The notes under the pieces were generated by a model. The model saw nothing but the letters and a program-made list of their open reading frames with translations, made no database searches and had not been told where the DNA came from. Made by a program: the position numbers and the translations under genes. A stretch of DNA of 64,000 bases from Spizellomyces punctatus DAOM BR117 (Eukaryota). Where the stretch lies: the NCBI GenBank assembly GCA_000182565.2, contig KQ257453.1. The stretch is one strand, 5' to 3'. This document shows positions 11,514 to 25,600 of this stretch, in pieces; positions within the stretch are counted from its first letter, which is position 1, and every line of letters starts with the position of its first letter.

Positions 11514-14500
11514 ATGCCGTCTTCGTCCTTGTCCGCGCAGCTCAAGCAGCTGGCTGCGGCTCATGTGCCCGGTACAGGAAAGGGAAAGGCATCGCTTCTA
11601 TTTACGGCCAAACAGGCGGCAGATATAGATATCGATAGTTTATTTGTAATTGGACGAAATGCCCTCGTCGACTTGTGTACCCACAACCCGGCCTTCAAAG
11701 ACTTTGAAGAGACATTATTTTCAGAGAGAATAAAAACCTTGGATAGGACATTGCAGGTTTGCGTCTCGCCGTGTCATCAACAAACATGAAGCCCCATTTT
11801 TGACGCCGCCCCTTGTTCGATAGACAAAGGCGGACAATGAAAAGCTGGACGAAAGCATTAACAAGTTCTTGCGCCTTCTCTCGCCATATTTCCTTTTGCA
11901 AAGTACCTTCAAAGCTCTAGAGTGGCTTTTGCGGCGATTTCGGTGAGTATCCCGAACTGTGCATGATCCGTGTTCAACGAGTTCATCGACTTTCTTGTGA
12001 TATAGAATCAACGAATTCAATGTCGACGTGATCGTGGAATGTATCCTTCCTTACCATGAAACGAAGCAGTTTGTGCAGGTGGTCGGCGTACTCGCCCTAC
12101 CGTAAGTATCTGCGTCTCTGGCCCTTCGTTAAACTGGATTCTGAACGTGTCATACACAGTGAGGACTCGCGGTGGGGTTTTCTCAAGGCGATCCAAAAGA
12201 CCAAGGTGCCTCTGGACCGGGTCACATTGATCCAACGATTGACAGCTGACAGAACTGTGTTGGAGTTCATTTGTGGAATGGTATGAAGAAATATGGTTTT
12301 GGAACATTTGGAGATACGCTGACATGACTGGTTTTTAGATTATATCCTCCAAACAAGCGGGAGTGATCAATAGAACTTTATGGACTTTCTTCGCCTTGAC
12401 CGTTATTCAATATATCCAGAGTTTGACAGTAGTGTCTGATGAGGACATACGCCTGCTTCTGGCCCCACTTCTTTCCCTCTTGCGTATCGGAAATCCCCAA
12501 TACGCGGATCTCTTGGCGACAGCGCAGATGGTGTTTGCTCAGATTGCCAACCGTGCCCCCCTGAGCAACGAAGTTGTGTTAACCATTGTGGAGAATGCGG
12601 CGGCGGGTGTTACCCCCACCACTCTGCAGTCGTCGATCACCTTCCTCTTGACAATATATCGGTCCCAGGAAATCGGCGCTATACCTGCCAAAGCATTTTC
12701 TCGTTTATTGGATGTAAAGGGATTTGAGGAAACGCTGGCACAAATAAACAAGACGTACGAGGCAGATAAGCTGCTCTGCCCAATGTTCGAGGCCGCCGTT
12801 AGTGCACTCGGCAGTCCTGAAAGTGCCCAAAAACTTGCAGCAAGGGCCGAGCAATTTATCGAAGTGATCCTTGATCACGGGGAGCCATCCAGTGAAGCAC
12901 TTTCCTTCTTCGTCAATGCTATTCTCCAGTCGTATCTGGAAAACAGGGATCCCGACGAAGGTTCTGCACTGAAGCTTAAGAATATCTTGCAATCAATGCA
13001 GCGTAGGCACGGTCATGCCGTGGACCAAGTTGTAGAGGCAAAGTTAAAGGATTGCGAACAGCGCGGTGACAAGGAACAACAGCAGGCTCTCTACGACTTT
13101 GTAACATCAACATTTAGAGGAACAGGCGGCCGGGTTGTAAAGAATGCAAACACCACGTTATACCTTAGCCTCCAACACGTAAATGCCAACATTCGTTTGA
13201 TGGCACTAGAAAATTTGACGGAGATGTTGAGCAACGGTGAACAAGAAGATATCGAATTTGCGGAAGATATCCTGTTAAGCCGACTACAGGATGATGACGA
13301 CCGTGTTCTAAAACACGTACTTGAGCTGCCTCTCCTAACCGATATCGTTGAGCCTTTGAAATTGGCCCCTGCAATGCAAGCGTTGTTGCGTTCTGAAACA
13401 GTTTCATTGAAAAACAAATGCCGAGCGTTTGATATATGTGTGGAGCTATTGAAGTCCGACGAAACGCGAACCCTATCCTCTCTCAGGCACGACATATTGG
13501 GATGCTTCCTCCTCACAAGGGAATCTCGTCGACTCAACAGACACTCCTTCGCATGTGCCGCGAAACCTGGTTTCCCACTTCAGGAACTTGTTCGGAAATG
13601 CGAGAACCTAGTCTCTGACCTTGACACTTTGATCGAGTCTAAGGATGGAAAGGCTGCAAAGAGCGCTGCATTCGTCCCTGTAACAGCACGCGCAATCTCT
13701 ACCTTGGCGAATAATCTGAAGAAACCAAAGACCGCTGCAAATATTGATGCCTACGTGGAAGGCTTAGCATCGGCATCTTTCTCTACGCGCCAGTTGAGCG
13801 CATTGGTTTTGATCAAAGCTCTTCAAGCTAAAACCGCCGGAGAACAACTGCAATTGGCTGATCGAATCGTTGCCATTGTTGCGAAGCAATTGAGCACAGT
13901 CAAACGTGATAGCCAAAACGATTGTACTATTCAAGAGGAAACTGGATTGCTCAAAGATATCGTCAACGTCCGTGCGAGCAATGCTTCAAGTCATGCTGTC
14001 GAGTTCCAGGTTGTTATGTTTGTACTGAAAAGCGTAATTGACACCATTATTCGACCAAACGCTGCAACTATTGCATGGTTATCAACCGAGGATGAGCCGA
14101 GCGAAGATGCTAGCCTTTATCGACGACTGATCGTACGTCTTTATGAGACGGTATCATCTCTGAATGGAAACGCAGCCGAGGTCTTGCTGACGACTCTTCT
14201 TCGGAAGCACTTGGCAATGGACGCAGTGCAGTTTTGCACTGCGTACTGGGTGGATAACGGTAGGAACATATTCTCTCCCTACTACTCGTTAACTTAACCT
14301 CATGAACCTTCTTTAAATTGCTAGATAAACCTGTATCCTTGCAGATTAACAGCTTAACAATAGCCACCTCGTTCATCAACATCGCCGCGGATCCTGATGT
14401 TGTGCTAAAATACGATTTCCAATTGGTAATCCCTTCTTTGTTCACTGCCCTGGCCAATCCGGAAAAGGCAGTACGGAGTGCAGCTCTAGACTGTCTGCAA

Positions 14501-17500
14501 GCGATCAAAAACAGCTACGCAAAATGTAATGGAGAATCCAAGTCGAAGAAAGTTCAGACTCAGATCTTTGCCTACGACCAGTTCTACGGTCAAAGTTCCA
14601 AGCAGGTCCAGTATTTGACTTTGACCGCAGCTGCAACCTTTGTGGGAGCAGTTCTTGAAGGAAAGGAGGAGCTGTTGACGGATGCGGGATTTTTGGAGCG
14701 CTACATTCACGATCTTCTTTTGACAAGTTCCGAGAAGAAGATGAGCTATAAGGAGGACCTTTTGTCTTTCCTTTTATCAAATATCCTGGCATTCCCGAAG
14801 ATCGGTGCTCAAATCTCACTGGTATCCACATTAAGATTGGTCGATTCCTCCACGAAGATGAAGACGCTCCATCCTTTACTGGAATCGTTATTGAAGCGTT
14901 TGAGCGGGGATCAGACTTCCACCGAAGAGCTTCGATTGATTGGTGCACTTATCCAGTGCTTCACTCCTAAAGCAACTACCAGCCTGTTCAAGATGAAAAA
15001 TGATCGATACGTGCGCATTTTCTGCAGGCTTCTCGGCGCGGGGGATGATGTTGGCTCCTTCAACCGGGCACAATTCGCCGGCGGATTGTCTGTTGAACGT
15101 TTGGCTCTGCAACAAATTGACAGTAAATGGTTTATTGCTATTCCTGCCGACCGGCAGAGTGAGATATTTTCAGCTGTTGTGCGACTAGCTTATGAAGGAG
15201 AGCAGTCTGTGGTGCAGGATGCGAAGACTGTTTTGAAAACCATACCAGCGTCATACGAACTGATTTTGGCTCAGCTCTTATGCTGCCAGGAGGTACTGTT
15301 ACAGACTGAGAAACGACCAAGCAAAAAAACCAAGGCCGCGAGGTGGGTGCTTTTGCCTATAGAATGATCATATCACCGAAATTGTGTTGACGCGCTACTC
15401 CCAATTCGTGTAGTCGTGAGTTGACAGAGGCCTTCTACCGCTTGAGCACGATTCTCGAGCTACTTGAATACAAGGACGACATTGCTGGAAAACAGAATCT
15501 CGTTGTGCCACTATTCGACCTGCTTGGCCATATTTTGAATGCGGAAGTTACCGATATTCCGGTTTCTGTCGAATATGTGAAGCAGTTGATCCTGTCCGTT
15601 GAGCTATCGCTGTTCAAGGATATTAAGGTAGGTGACTTGCCAAATTTCCAGTATTTCAACAAACCTGAAAATAACGGCTTTGCGTAATTAGAAATTCGGC
15701 TGGCAAATTGACGAGGCTGCGTTGCGTGTCGACCTTATCGTACAATGCATCCGAGTCACAGATAATCCACAGACACACAATGCATCCCTTCTGCTCATGG
15801 CAGCCATTGCCACCGTGTACCCACAAAGCGTGCTACTCAACATTATGCCCGTCTTCACATTTATGGGGGCGAATGTTTTGCGGCAGGATGACAATTACAG
15901 TTTCCATGTCATTCAGCAGGTAACTCATCTGTTGCAGAGAGATAAACAGCGACGCATGTATGCTGATCTGCTCCTTTGCTAGACCTTGACTACAATCATC
16001 CCTCCGCTCGTGCAAAGACACCAGACGGCTGGAGAGAGTCGTGAGAGGATGTTGCATGGTAGGGCGAGCCATCTCTGATACCGTTTGGACATATACTCAC
16101 TCATGCCCTGCCATCTTTAAGAGGTGAAGCCCGTCATGGGAGTGTTTGTGGATGCTCTTTCCCACATTCCCAAGCATCGCCGTCTCAGGTATCTCGTTCT
16201 ATTTTCGCAGTACATTCCCGAATGACCGCCTAACCTCTGTCATAGATTGTTCACGGTACTGATTTCTACGCTGGGAGCCGACACCTTCCTGGATGCCATC
16301 ATTCTCATGCTCATCGCGAAGCACTCGGCCAAAAGCAAACTCCCTGTCAACGCCACCGATGGACTTGGCGAGTTTACTTTGTCGGTCATGTTACAATTCC
16401 CCGTCAGCGTCCAGTTGAAGGTAACACAGTCGTGAACGTCTGTCTTCTCGATTGGTCGCTAATATTCCAACATTGATAGGCTTTGATTTCCATGCTCAAC
16501 ACCACAAGTGCCCTACCATTCGACCAAGCCGAATTGGATAAGGAAAAGCAAATGGACGCTGATGAGTCTGGAATTATTGATTCAAAGTGAGTCCTCCTTG
16601 GATATGGGTACCGGATACTAGAGACATACTTATGCGTGCCCTTGTATCGTAGGACGCATTCTGCAAAAGAGCTTCGCCACATCAAACTGGCGACGGTTGA
16701 CTTTGCTCATCAGCTCTTATCCAACCGGTTGTTTGTCAGCAAAGTCCTTGACCTGCCTACAGAGGAGATTGAAGCTGAACAGCTGAACCTTGTGGAAGCT
16801 ATTCTGGTTTCCACCTCCAATGCGAATTCGTATCAGGCGGAGAGTGACGCGCGAGGACATACCGTTGGAGTCAAGTTTGCAAAAGGTTAGACAGGCTTTA
16901 GATGTGTGAATTTTAGCAACGGTGATCTAACTGGATTCTTTTGCAGCCATGTCCAAGATATTATATGATACGCTGGGCAAGGCGAATGGACTTTTGTCAC
17001 TATCTTCGTTCTTGAACGTGGTCTCTCGTTTGATGAAGCACGAGAATCATATTGTAGGTTCTCCCTCTAGCGCGTCTAGTGAACTGCCACTGACCATGCT
17101 TGACGCGCTATCCTCCTTGCAGATTCGACGAAAAGCTATTACGCTTTTGGATGCCAAGGTGACGGCGATAGGCGACAATATTACAGATGACATGTTGCCG
17201 CAGTTCGCCCATATCGTTGAGGGTTTGAAAGATATTTTGTCGGGTGCCAAGGACGTCAAGGACCAGGAGGTTCGTATTCTTCTCATATTTATTTTATTTG
17301 ACACCTCATACGCTGATACTTTACAATTTAGATGCTGGAAAACAAGCAAACCGCTCTTCTCTGTTTGACTACCATGGCAAATACCATGGCACAAGCAGAT
17401 CCAGACACATATGTGGCGATTTTGGATGTGCTTGTTAGCGAGGCAGCATTGTTGAGCGACAACCGTCAGATTACCGCTTCTTCCATGGTTTGCCTGACCT

Positions 17501-19306
17501 CAATCAGGTTCGCATCATACCAGTTTCACACGTATTCCAATCCGCCTTTGTATTAATATGTTTTTACAGCATGCAGTTGGGATCGCGGGTCCTCCCGTAT
17601 CTGCCAAAGTTCATGCCCGTTATTATTGCAGCGCTCAAAGACGGGCTGGCAGAGAAAGGTTCGAATGCACTATTGCACATTTCCGGTGTATCTGGGGCAG
17701 ATAATAATGGCGTTCTCTCACTTACAGAAGCAAGCGATGCAAAACAGCTTGTGATATTGGGCGCTTTAGGGTCCCTTCATGCTTTGGTAGACACTGTACC
17801 GCAGTTTATAAGTCCTTATGTTCTACCATTGCTTGAACAAGCCCTCCATCCTGCTCTTCAAGGCACTGCTGAGCAAGAAGGTTTTAGCAGTAGGGTAAGT
17901 AATCATGAACAATCGACAGTTCTGATGATGCCGCAGTCTAATGTCTATACTGAGTGCAGGCGATAGAGAAGAGTAATGATCTTCTAAGCACCATTGCACG
18001 AAAAGTCGCACCACGCATCCTCCTCCCGGCAATCTTCTCTCACCTCAAAATTGCACTCCAGTCAGGGCGTCAGTCGATGCTGGCGCTATTTGATCTTGTC
18101 GGCAACACGATTGCTCACATGGCTCGTACCGACTTGACTCAATATCGAACGGAGCTTTTCCGATTCTTTTTGGTTTCATTCGATTACCGTCGTACATATG
18201 CCAGCAAGATTTCAGAAGAGGTATGTAGCATAACTGCTTTCACTTTCTTGTGCTTTAGAGACACTAAATCATATGGATTGTGTGTCAACAGGATGTGGAA
18301 GCTGTCGAAAACAGCATCATATCGTCGTTCTTGCAGCTCGTTATGAAGCTGAATGAAACTTTGTTCAAACCTCTGTTCCTCAAGCTGGTGGACTGGGCAA
18401 CTTCGGAGCTTTTGATAAAGCACGGTGAGTGTTTGGTAGCTGAAAGCGGGTTAAACTTCCCTCCAGCTTATTTTATCCCTACTTTAGGTTTGAGTGAAGA
18501 GGGTGTCAATGCGCGCCAGCTGTTCTTCTACCGCTTGGTGGATAGCCTCTTGGGTCGCCTCAAGGTACGTCCGGTGGTGAAATCGTTAGAATGTAGAATG
18601 AAAAGCTAATCGCGACGCTGCTATAGTCCATCTTTGCCCCATACTATGTATACGTCTTGGATAATTCCATTGCAAAGCTCAACGCATTCACGAAGCAGGA
18701 CTACCCCCACGCGCTATGGATGTACATTGTCAGTTCGCTGCATAAATGCTTCCTTTATGATAATGATGGTAAGCAAGCTGTTTCCTGTGCATTCGTCATA
18801 CTATCGTATACTCATTTGTTTTCAGGAATGATTGATGCTGCCAAGTTTGATAAACTCCTACCACCACTTGTCAACCAAATTGAAACCATGGATCACCACG
18901 GCAAGGATTACATGGATCGTATGACCGGCTACCTTGTGCCGTGTCTCGGTCAATTGGCAGTGACTGCAGGGAAAGACACAATGTGGAAGCCACTTAATCA
19001 CCAAGTGTTGTTGAAAACACGCAGCGAGCATGCGGAGATCCGTCTTGTGGCCCTGAAAGTTTTGCAAGAGTTGTACACCCGCTTGGGTGAGGAGATGCTC
19101 ATTCTCTTCCCGGAGACGATCCCCTTCTTGGCAGAGTTGATGGAGGGTAAGTTTGACATCACGTTGATCGGCCACTGTACGAGCTCCACTAATACTTGAA
19201 CGTTAATGCAGATGATGACGCGCAAGTCGAAGCACTATGTCAAGAAGTTTGTCTACAGATTCAGCAGTATATTGGAGAAGATATTCAGCAGTATTTTAAT
19301 GCATGA
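11514..19306 (+). CDS. UTP10: U3 snoRNP/SSU processome HEAT-repeat protein Utp10 (HEATR1), many exons
   Basis: N-terminal MPSSSLSAQLKQL...ASLLF and ALEWLLRRF; BP28CT-like KLNETLFKPLFLKLVDWA; C-terminal PETIPFLAELMEDDD. Confidence 0.97.
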
Positions 19307-19489
19307 AGGGACAGTGGAAGATCATCAGTCTATATAATGGGGATGTCTGCTTCCGGGAAACGGTCCTTTGGGAAGATGCGGCATGTAAATATTAGCAATT
19401 ATTTTCATAATAGAACATGGGTAGAGCAGGATGCGTTGTTAACTTGCAGTCGAATGTTTTCATTTGGTTGTTGCTACAATACTCGCAAC

Positions 19490-19997
19490 TCAGAATAATA
19501 GCCTCTTCACAACTGGCCACACCCCAGTCTCCTTCTGCCCCTCCTTCACTTCCACATCGGTGTCTGTTGGTATTTCAATCTTTGGCAGGTATTTCACTGG
19601 ATGAGATCGATACATTGGCCAAGGTGGTATGGATACCTATCATGCAGACTGGTTATTGAAAGATACAAGACGACACACTAGGCCTAAGCATATATCTTAC
19701 CAATGACGCTATTATCCCACCAGCAAGTAGAATGTATAAGGTTGTTTGGAGTGACTGTAGCGCAAAGCCCACCAAGAAGGATACTATCTGCAAGGGTGAA
19801 AGGATGGGGCGATATGAGCAATTTATATGCCATAGTTTGGAACCTTAAGAACACGCACTCCACTGAATGTAAGGATGAGGTGAAGGTATCTTTCGGAAAG
19901 ACGCTGTCCCTCAAAGTCCTGTAAAGTTTGTCAGACTTGCGTACCCGGAGAGAGAGAAGCCTGCTCTACTTACTATTTTTGCGTCCAGGTCGAGCAT
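19490..19997 (-). CDS. SPC1: Signal peptidase complex subunit 1 (SPC12), four exons, not in the ORF track
   Basis: Manual splice gives MLDLDAKI|DFEGQRLSERYLHLILTFSG|IVSFLVGFALQSLQTTLYILLAGGIIASL|VSIPPWPMYRSHPVKYLPK...RLLF*. DFEGQ and PPWP are family signatures. Confidence 0.93.
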
Positions 19998-20114
19998 TGT
20001 CAAATGGCGCTCTGAAGGTGTGTCGGGCCACGGGCTGGTCAAGGTGAGATCGGTCACGTGTAAGTGATGAGCACATCCTGCTGGATGGTCTGCTTGCATT
20101 GCCGACTATCAGTG

Positions 20115-21279
20115 ATGCGACGGCACTCATCGTTGGCACTGGTTATTTCTCGTCGTCTCCTTCGCGCGGCTCACGGAATGCACACAGAACATGAAGGTTC
20201 TCAAGGTGGTCTAGTGCACCGCCCCAGTCTGACGGGGTCTTCTGGAACCGTGCGTCTTCGCAGTGTGATGACGTCCACTCAAGGTCGTGCCCGAGAGGTG
20301 GAGACGGGACATGCAGAGTCGCAAGGAGAGATAGCCTTCGGGGATAAGCATGTGGTCCGTTCCTTTGAAATAGAACGACATTTGTCTTCTGAAGATGCGA
20401 ATAATCACAAGAATTTCGAACAGAACGCTGTCGTGACAAGGACGGGGTTGGATGGGCAAGTCGTATCCGCACACTCCCACGTCAGCAAACGAGCGAGGAC
20501 AGCTTTGGAAGATGCTGACCACGGATCAATTGCGGAGGGAAAAAAAGTGAAGGAGCGACCAAATTTCTTCCTCTCAATGCGTCTGAACGACCCAGACATT
20601 CAAGGCCACTTTCATCATTTTTATGAACATATGCACACACAGCATCCGATCCTGAAGCCATGTCTTATTCCACCGCAGCAGGTGAGATGCTCTCAAGAGC
20701 TCAGCCAGAACTGCTAGGATCTCCGCTGAAGACGCATGGCTTCTTGCTTGCAGATGCATCTGACTCTACTAGTTATGCACCTTGATGACACAACCAAAGA
20801 TGAAGCTATCAAATGCTTTAATAGTTCGCGTGAGATTGTACAGAATTACTTCAACGGCAGGCGTCCGTCCTTGCATTTTCGGGGAACTGGCTCCTTTGGT
20901 AGTCGAGTCGTCTTTGCCACACCGGAGCAGAATGCTGACCTAGACATGGTTCGAGAAATGGCGGCAGCTCTAAAGCAGCATTTTACTGATTGGGGAATCT
21001 CTCTCCCGGGTAATAAGGAGGCGTTCGTTCCCCACTGTACTCTCATGGTAAAGTTCAGTTGGACACGTCTTTAAGAAGTTCAACATCTGAAAGAACTCTG
21101 TTTAGAAAATCAAAGATAGCCGCAAATTGAAATTCATTCCAAAGGAAGCTTGGAAGGAGTTCAAGGAAGTCGATTGGGGCTCCTCAATCGTAGCCAACTT
21201 GGAGCTCTCCTCCATGATTGCGAAGAAAGATCCCGATGGGTATTACAAAGCCATTGCTACCTTGCCTTTCGGTAAATGA
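20115..21279 (+). CDS. AKAP7-like 2H phosphoesterase (2',5'-RNA ligase-like fold)
   Basis: RPNFFLS, first 2H motif MHLTL, second motif PHCTLMK, C-terminal DGYY. Start and 3' end uncertain. Confidence 0.85.
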
Positions 21280-22110
21280 GGAATTGCGGATTCCTCGTTG
21301 ATGAAAGAACACGAACATCAGTGGAAACACTTACGAACCACCGCCATCTCTCCAAAGCACCTCCCATTCGGCCAGATTCTGAGCAATTGCTCAACAGGCA
21401 ATGCATATGCGAGATTGGCGATCGGTTGAGGTTCCACTTGATTCAATTCAGATGGTTGCACCCTGTGGCTGTCTTGAGAGTCTTGAGTTGTATGCGCTCT
21501 CCTGCAGTGGATCTTTGGGTGCCATGGGGGCCATACGATTTTCAGGCCTTGCGAATGACGCCTGGCGACACCTGGTACCTGTTGCTGAACTTGAAACTAG
21601 GCGACAAATGACAGCGAAGTTTGCATCAGAGCTACGCAATGCAAATACTCCAATGGAATTTGCCCACTAAATAAATAGAATAGAATTACATGTGTCTCTC
21701 CAAATGGACAAAATCGGCATCCCTTCTAGCCGATACTGCTTCACTTTCGTTTCTTTCTTTACATCTTTGGCAATTGTAGGTTTCGCACTCCCCCCAGTCT
21801 CAAAACATACAAACATGCATGGGTGGCAACGTAATCGTGCCCATATGCATCGAGGTACACTGCATCACGTAGAGTTCAATGCTCGATGACGGCAAGGCCC
21901 GCGCTTGTCCCAGCAGCGGCTTTCTTTGAGCCGCAGCTCAGCTGCTGGGCGAAGGTCAAAACGCACGAAATTTTAGATTCCGATAATCCCGATCAATTTA
22001 AACCATTTTTATTGCATTTAAATGTAACACTCGAATATCAACACGTGATCAGACGATATTGTTCACGACGAGATGAGCGCTTGCTTCACAGTCGGAGATC
22101 CTACAGCGAA

Positions 22111-22571
22111 ATGGCTGGTCCAAAGTTAAACCCCAAGCTAAAGGTTTGTCGGGGTTTGATGGCTATCATACACTTACTTGTTAAAATTGAAGTTCACCCT
22201 CCTTCAAGCTCATACTCCTGACCATTACAGGCCTGTATGGTGGATATGGTAAGACTACTTTCGTCATGGCAAAACACCCAGACTCTACCATAACAAAGTT
22301 TTACGAAAAACAGCGATACACCAGTTTACGCAGCGACGAACAGATTTAGAGGTATGTTCAATACTATTGTGAACATGCATGTGGGCATGTAAACTGACGC
22401 CAACATATCAAGCTTGAACAAAAGGTGCAGACTGCCAAACGGTATACAGACGAGGAGATATTGGCAAAGTAAATATTTTGACGACCTTCCCGTGAAGTTC
22501 ACTATAATTTAACTTCTTTCCGTTATCCAAGATGGGAAGCGGATCGGGCAAAGCAATCCAAAACAGCATGA
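22111..22571 (+). CDS. Putative 73-aa single-TM microprotein, five exons
   Basis: Exons 22111-22143, 22209-22248, 22299-22351, 22413-22468 and 22532-22571 splice in frame to MAGPKLNPKLKLILLTITGLYGGYVLRKTAIHQFTQRRTDLELEQKVQTAKRYTDEEILAKWEADRAKQSKTA*. Confidence 0.7.
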
Positions 22572-22647
22572 TCTTCTAATTATGAAGTCCGCATCGTACC
22601 GGACCGAGGCGATCCATTCCCCAGTTTAGCTAATGTGCCCATGCAGC

Positions 22648-25600
22648 TTAGAAGTCTTCGCGACCTATTAGCGGGTTAGAAAAGTCCGATTGATCTGACG
22701 TATCAAGCTAAGGCAGGAATGTCAAGTTGCTAGAATAGAGGTGGATGAGGGTTGTATCCACGGGAAGTTATCCAAAAGTGCCCCTCAGCAGGTACTTACA
22801 AAAGAGTCAATTAGGGGTGACGGCCCCCAATAAATGATGCTGTGCTTGTGCGCTGCAGGATGGAATCTGAGAGGCTGTTTGAATCAGCAAAGAGCCAAAT
22901 AGGCATTCAAAACTCACCGCACGTCCATATATACGACATCAAGAACTGCCAATCATTCGCATCCTCCTCGTAATGGAACTTCAACACGGAAATAACCTTT
23001 GCCGACATGCTAATTAGCGACAGCAATGTAAAACCAACAAAGGCGTTGGCAAACCTTCAGCTTAGAGATGCTCCAGGTCTTTGAAGCGCGGTCGATGACT
23101 CCTGCCACGTCGGCTGCAGAAGGCATTTTGAGATCGGCCTCCAGCAACTTGTCATGGAAGTATGATATCACCTAGATAGTTTGCAGGATTCTCATATGTC
23201 AAGTGGCGCTTCCAGACTTACGAAAAAGGAACCTGCTAGCCACATACCCGATCAATATTTTCTACCAAATCGCCAAACCGCGGATGGAGTTTGAATTGTG
23301 CAAAAGCTTCGCGTTTATGCAATAGCGCATATACTAGCTCCGGGTTATGTTTAATTGAATACGTAACCACCGAGTTGATCATCTCGAGGAGCACTGCCAC
23401 TAAATCCCCGTAAATAATAGTGTCGGGGTCGTCTTCTGACGGATCTGGCTACACGCACATATCGATGTTCAGAGTGGAGAATGGCATTGCGGATGTGGCA
23501 CAATCCTACAAACCTGAGCAGATATAGGTGTGCTAACATCTTCCGATGACTCGCGAGCTAGTTGTCCAGTGAGCTTCAAATACCGTTTTGCAACCATATC
23601 ATAAAAGCTAGAGGACAGAAATATAAGTATGCCTTATTATCCAGACAGGATCAGTTAACCATATATGCACTCACCTCACAACTCTCTGAGCGACAATGGA
23701 TTGGATTCCTGAAATGTTGCGCGCCATATTGGCAAGAATGGCCACACAAACCGTATGGGAATATGTATCCTGTGCATACCGGTCTCATGTTAGCACTGTT
23801 GCAACCATTCGACATTCTACCCGCAATATAAACGGACCTTAAAAGTCGACAGGTTTGCTTGGATACACCGAATCAAGACCAGAATAGTCAAACCGCCCAA
23901 TGACACAGATTTGAGGACTCTTTCGGTGTACCACGGCTGAGCAGGAATGATCTGTACAATCAATATATCAACGCTTGATCAATAACAGTGCCCTAAACCA
24001 GGGGAATGCAAGGCGATGCCATACGATTCTCTGCATACTGTCAGTCAAAACATCATCCTGAGATAGCAGTAGGATGAGGACAAGTAGGATGTACAGCTGT
24101 GGATAGTTCATCCTCTGTTCCACCAGCTCGTATATTTGCCTCAGAATTGGCAACAACTTTAATATAACAGCGGTTAATGGATAAAAAGAAATGCAGGCAA
24201 GATGGATTGGTGGTCTTACCAAACCTTCCGGATCGGTTCGTGACAACATGTAACTTCGAAAGCTTCTATTGTGAAGTAGCAGAGGGTATAATATCAATCC
24301 AGCTTCTTCACTTGAAATATTACTAGCATAATACCAAGGTTTAGTTTGGTTTGACGCGTGGAGCAGGTCTGTCGGCGGTAATACCTGCACAATGTTTGAT
24401 AAACATGTCGAAAGGAGACGTTGATGGAATGATCATCCTCAGCCATTTGTGATGAATCCGAGACTGCACCTCGCATAAGAAATCGGACCGTCAATCTTAA
24501 AGACAAGCCGCATGCCTACCATTACTATCCTGAAAACGTTTGATGGCCTCTTTAAATTCGTTGGCAAAGTGCTTGGGATTTTGCGCAGAGAGAATCAGAA
24601 AGAGGATTGCACTTTTATCTCCTAAAGGAGATGGCGCTGCCCCTTCTGGCTTCTTGGTGGCAAAAAGGTAGGAGTATGCACTGTAGAGCATCCCTATCGA
24701 CAGAACGTCCGCAGTGCGAAATCAATTCGTAGAGCCGTATAAAAAAAACAACACAGCTCTCACAAACCTCCTGATGAGCCAACAGGAGGTGGACGATGAA
24801 CGAAGTTCATAAGCAGTCGCTGCATCGCTCCTCCTGCAAAGTGACTTTGAACGACTTCGTTAGTGTACGCGCACCCCACTGAGAACCGAACTGATGCAAT
24901 ACCTTAATCTGTCCATTACAATATCCATGAAATATGACCCCTCTACAGCGCTCGATAGTGGCTGATATAATTGTGCAGAACACATCACTATAAGAAGATT
25001 CATCGCTTCCATGTAGAAATCATAGTTGATAGCGGTACTACGATGGCATATGATCATCAGCCTCAAATACACAACGGAGTGCCGTAGTTCCTTCCCACCT
25101 AGCATCCGCGTAGATAATAATATGAAACAGCTCTTCGAGAAGTTGTTGTGCTCGGAGCCGTTTGTCTGACAAGTGCAATCCGTTATTCACCGTATGCCGC
25201 TATATTCCCGAACCTGCAACACCGTACCATGCACCACATGTGAGTCGAGAGCCATTTGCGCCTGATCAGATTTAAACTGGGAAGTCGTTTGGCTTTTGAG
25301 GGAGAGGGTCCTGTCCACTGGGAATGATGAGTATGTTTAAGTGTACAAGCCTAAACACCATGGTCCACTCACTTTCGAACTGCTCGTGAATCTGTATCTG
25401 CGTAAGACTATCAACAAAGTGCTTTGTGCACAATCGAACCAGGAACAAAGCATTATATGCTTCTACCGTCCAAGTTCTGTGAACGCACGTAATTGGCACG
25501 GATGAGATGCTCTGATTTGATTTTTGCACAACAAGCCCGAACAAGCTCACCCATCATACGCCATGACCCGCATGAATCGCATATGGCTGAGAAGGTACAG

